Source of the DNA: a virus
Taxonomy: Duplodnaviria > Caudoviricetes
Reading direction: 5' to 3' (one strand)
Virus record (IMG/VR): IMGVR_UViG_3300044836_000005
Location: 1 to 57,387 of that record
DNA length: 57,387 bases
Under the pieces are notes generated by a model. The model saw only the letters and a program-made list of their open reading frames with translations, was not told the DNA's origin and did not search any database. Numbering within the stretch: the stretch's first letter is position 1; each line of letters opens with the position of its first letter. Both the position numbers and the translations under genes were made by a program. Below are positions 55,816 through 57,387 of this stretch, in pieces.

Positions 55816-56421
55816 TTAATAACCTTTGTGGAAACAACCGGGCCACGCTTCGTCACCTTCACTCCGCAGCCCTACCTCAGCAACTAGCTTTTGCTGCGTA
55901 GAGGATGCGTGATCGGCTCTGTCCGCAAACTTTAATCCGCCATAATTTTTCCAAAATTGTTTAGTCATTTGTAGACCTCCGTAATAACCATTTCCTGTAT
56001 TGGTGTCCCACTTCGGAGGGTTATGGCCTGTCTCACAAACTGCTCTACGGTCCCAATCTCTCGACCATGTATAGCTGCAAGAACCTTCCGGATGAATCAG
56101 CGTCGGCGGATAAAACGGCAGACCGTTAAGGCAATGCGTCGGCCACGGTTCGCAATGCCAGACCCAAGCAAGCGTTCCATTAATATCTTTTAATTCTTGC
56201 ACAAAGTGTGAGCCATCAAAACAATAAGGGCTAACAATTTTCGGCTCTGGCGGTGCATCTCGCTCTACTTGAATTCCACCAGGGGTACCGTCCGATGGGT
56301 CTACTTGTACTTGAGCGTGAGCACTAGGGACAAACAAAATAAGAAAAGTAACTGCTAAGAATACAATTGGCAGACCTCGCCAAGATTTTACTTTGAACCA
56401 AATATTATCAAATGTATTCAT
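55816..56421 (-). CDS. Secreted resuscitation-promoting factor (Rpf)-like transglycosylase
   Basis: Signal peptide ending AHA-Q; C-terminal WDRRAVCETG..WDTNTGNGYYGGLQM..W..YGG..A..AS..QQ..VAE..EG..AWPGC. Confidence 0.9.
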   Translation of the reverse strand: MNTFDNIWFKVKSWRGLPIVFLAVTFLILFVPSAHAQVQVDPSDGTPGGIQVERDAPPEPKIVSPYCFDGSHFVQELKDINGTLAWVWHCEPWPTHCLNGLPFYPPTLIHPEGSCSYTWSRDWDRRAVCETGHNPPKWDTNTGNGYYGGLQMTKQFWKNYGGLKFADRADHASSTQQKLVAEVGLRSEGDEAWPGCFHKGY

Positions 56422-56672
56422 GTTGATTCCTTTGAGTCATACACCTTTTCGTAGGTGCCGTTGGTTTGGATAAATATTTTTAGACAGTCTTTTTCTAGGC
56501 GGATGGCCACATTAGGAACATTGCGAAGAAAAGTTAGGTCTACGATATGCGCCGCTTCTGTGCGCTTCACTTCCAGTACGGCGGGAAAATCGAACGGGAG
56601 ATTTCCATCTCCCCCATGATTCAATCGCTTGGCACTTGGTTTATTTCTTACATTCGTTGATTCAATTTTCAT
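56418..56672 (-). CDS. Hypothetical protein
   Basis: 84 aa; AAGGA ribosome site. Confidence 0.6.
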   Translation of the reverse strand: MKIESTNVRNKPSAKRLNHGGDGNLPFDFPAVLEVKRTEAAHIVDLTFLRNVPNVAIRLEKDCLKIFIQTNGTYEKVYDSKEST

Positions 56673-56681
56673 AGGTTCCTT

Positions 56682-57302
56682 CTATTTAGGCCATTCAAGC
56701 GTTGCCCTATTATCCGGAGTAATTGGCGTCGGCCCTTGCTCGCCGACAAATGTCGGGCCAGTTTCTCGCAATACTTTTAATTGCCGCATAGCAATCATCG
56801 GCATATGGTCATTAATTTTTAAAAATTCGGTAGTCTCTCCTTTTCGCTCCCATTTGGCATGAGTACCGTACAGCACTCGCTCTTGTAAATCTTGGTCTAA
56901 CGCAATTGTGTTGAACGCATGAAATACCAAACTAAAATTACCAAATTCCTCTAGCCAAATTGCGAGCATCGGACTAATGGCACCTCGATCGCCACTACCT
57001 TTATCAAGCAACAACTCAATTGCCCAGTCATTGCCAATGCTTTTCAAAAGGTATTTGGTGATTCGAATATCTTCAAAATGTTCGCCATCGCTGAATTCTT
57101 CAATCTCCCAATGCTCAGTAAAATTAGGTGAATATTTGAAGCGAGACTGTTCGGTCGCAACCTTGATAAAATCATAAACTGATTCGGAATCTTTGCAAAG
57201 AATTGCCGTCCGATACAACTTACGGGAAGTATACTTTTTGAATCGGAATCGCTCACGACTAGCGCAATCAATTGCGTCTAAAATTTCTAAAGTTTGGTCC
57301 AT
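56682..57302 (-). CDS. Hypothetical protein
   Basis: 206 aa; TAATG coupling with the gene at 160-492 through the circular junction. Confidence 0.7.
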   Translation of the reverse strand: MDQTLEILDAIDCASRERFRFKKYTSRKLYRTAILCKDSESVYDFIKVATEQSRFKYSPNFTEHWEIEEFSDGEHFEDIRITKYLLKSIGNDWAIELLLDKGSGDRGAISPMLAIWLEEFGNFSLVFHAFNTIALDQDLQERVLYGTHAKWERKGETTEFLKINDHMPMIAMRQLKVLRETGPTFVGEQGPTPITPDNRATLEWPK

Positions 57303-57387
57303 TACGTCGGGATCTTTCCAGCCATGTCGTGACTAATATTTGCTGCATTGTGAAAATAGTCAGCAATCTTTTGCAACTGCTCGATTT
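57143..57387. repeat. Terminal direct repeat or assembly overlap, copy 2
   Basis: Matches 1-245 at 244 of 245 positions. Confidence 0.95.

Noticed and set aside
56682-57302. Glyoxalase/VOC-like fold for the 206-aa protein
   Set aside because: Only a vague IELL and FHAF resemblance; not supportable without a profile search
1-57387. Stop-codon reassignment, integrase or lysogeny module, introns or inteins
   Set aside because: Long genes are intact in the standard code; no suppressor tRNA, recombinase or repressor motifs seen; DnaE, terminase and helicases have ordinary lengths

Overview
The window is an apparently complete circular-map genome (57,142 bp unique; bases 1-245 recur at 57143-57387 with one mismatch) of a long-tailed dsDNA phage with no recognisable integrase or repressor, so probably lytic. 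Almost all genes are on the minus strand. An actinobacterial host is suggested by leaderless TTGACA/TANNNT-type promoters, a secreted Rpf domain, DnaE/ThyX and the structural gene style. Modules: replication and recombination (sigma factor, DnaE, primase-MCM helicase, SSB-like, AAA ATPase, PD-(D/E)XK nuclease, SNF2 helicase; 0.5-14.2 kb); an early accessory region of small promoter-bearing cassettes with tRNA-Leu(UAA) and tRNA-Lys(UUU) (14.2-20 kb); lysis (20-22.4 kb); tail (22.3-36 kb); head and packaging with fibre and glycoside-hydrolase genes interleaved (36-47.6 kb); nucleotide metabolism and accessory genes (RuvC-like, ThyX, MazG, cupin, metallopeptidase, Rpf; 48-57 kb). Most notable unexplained signals: two dispersed, oppositely oriented non-coding elements with conserved flanks and a covarying hairpin (12168-12261 and 50415-50531); a canonical -1 frameshift signal fusing a small protein to a glycoside hydrolase; a shared N-terminal leader motif on scaffold and major capsid proteins; promoter-driven structured RNAs; and a stand-alone secreted Rpf alongside a WhiG/FliA-like sigma factor. 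All functional calls come from motif recognition by eye; no searches were run.
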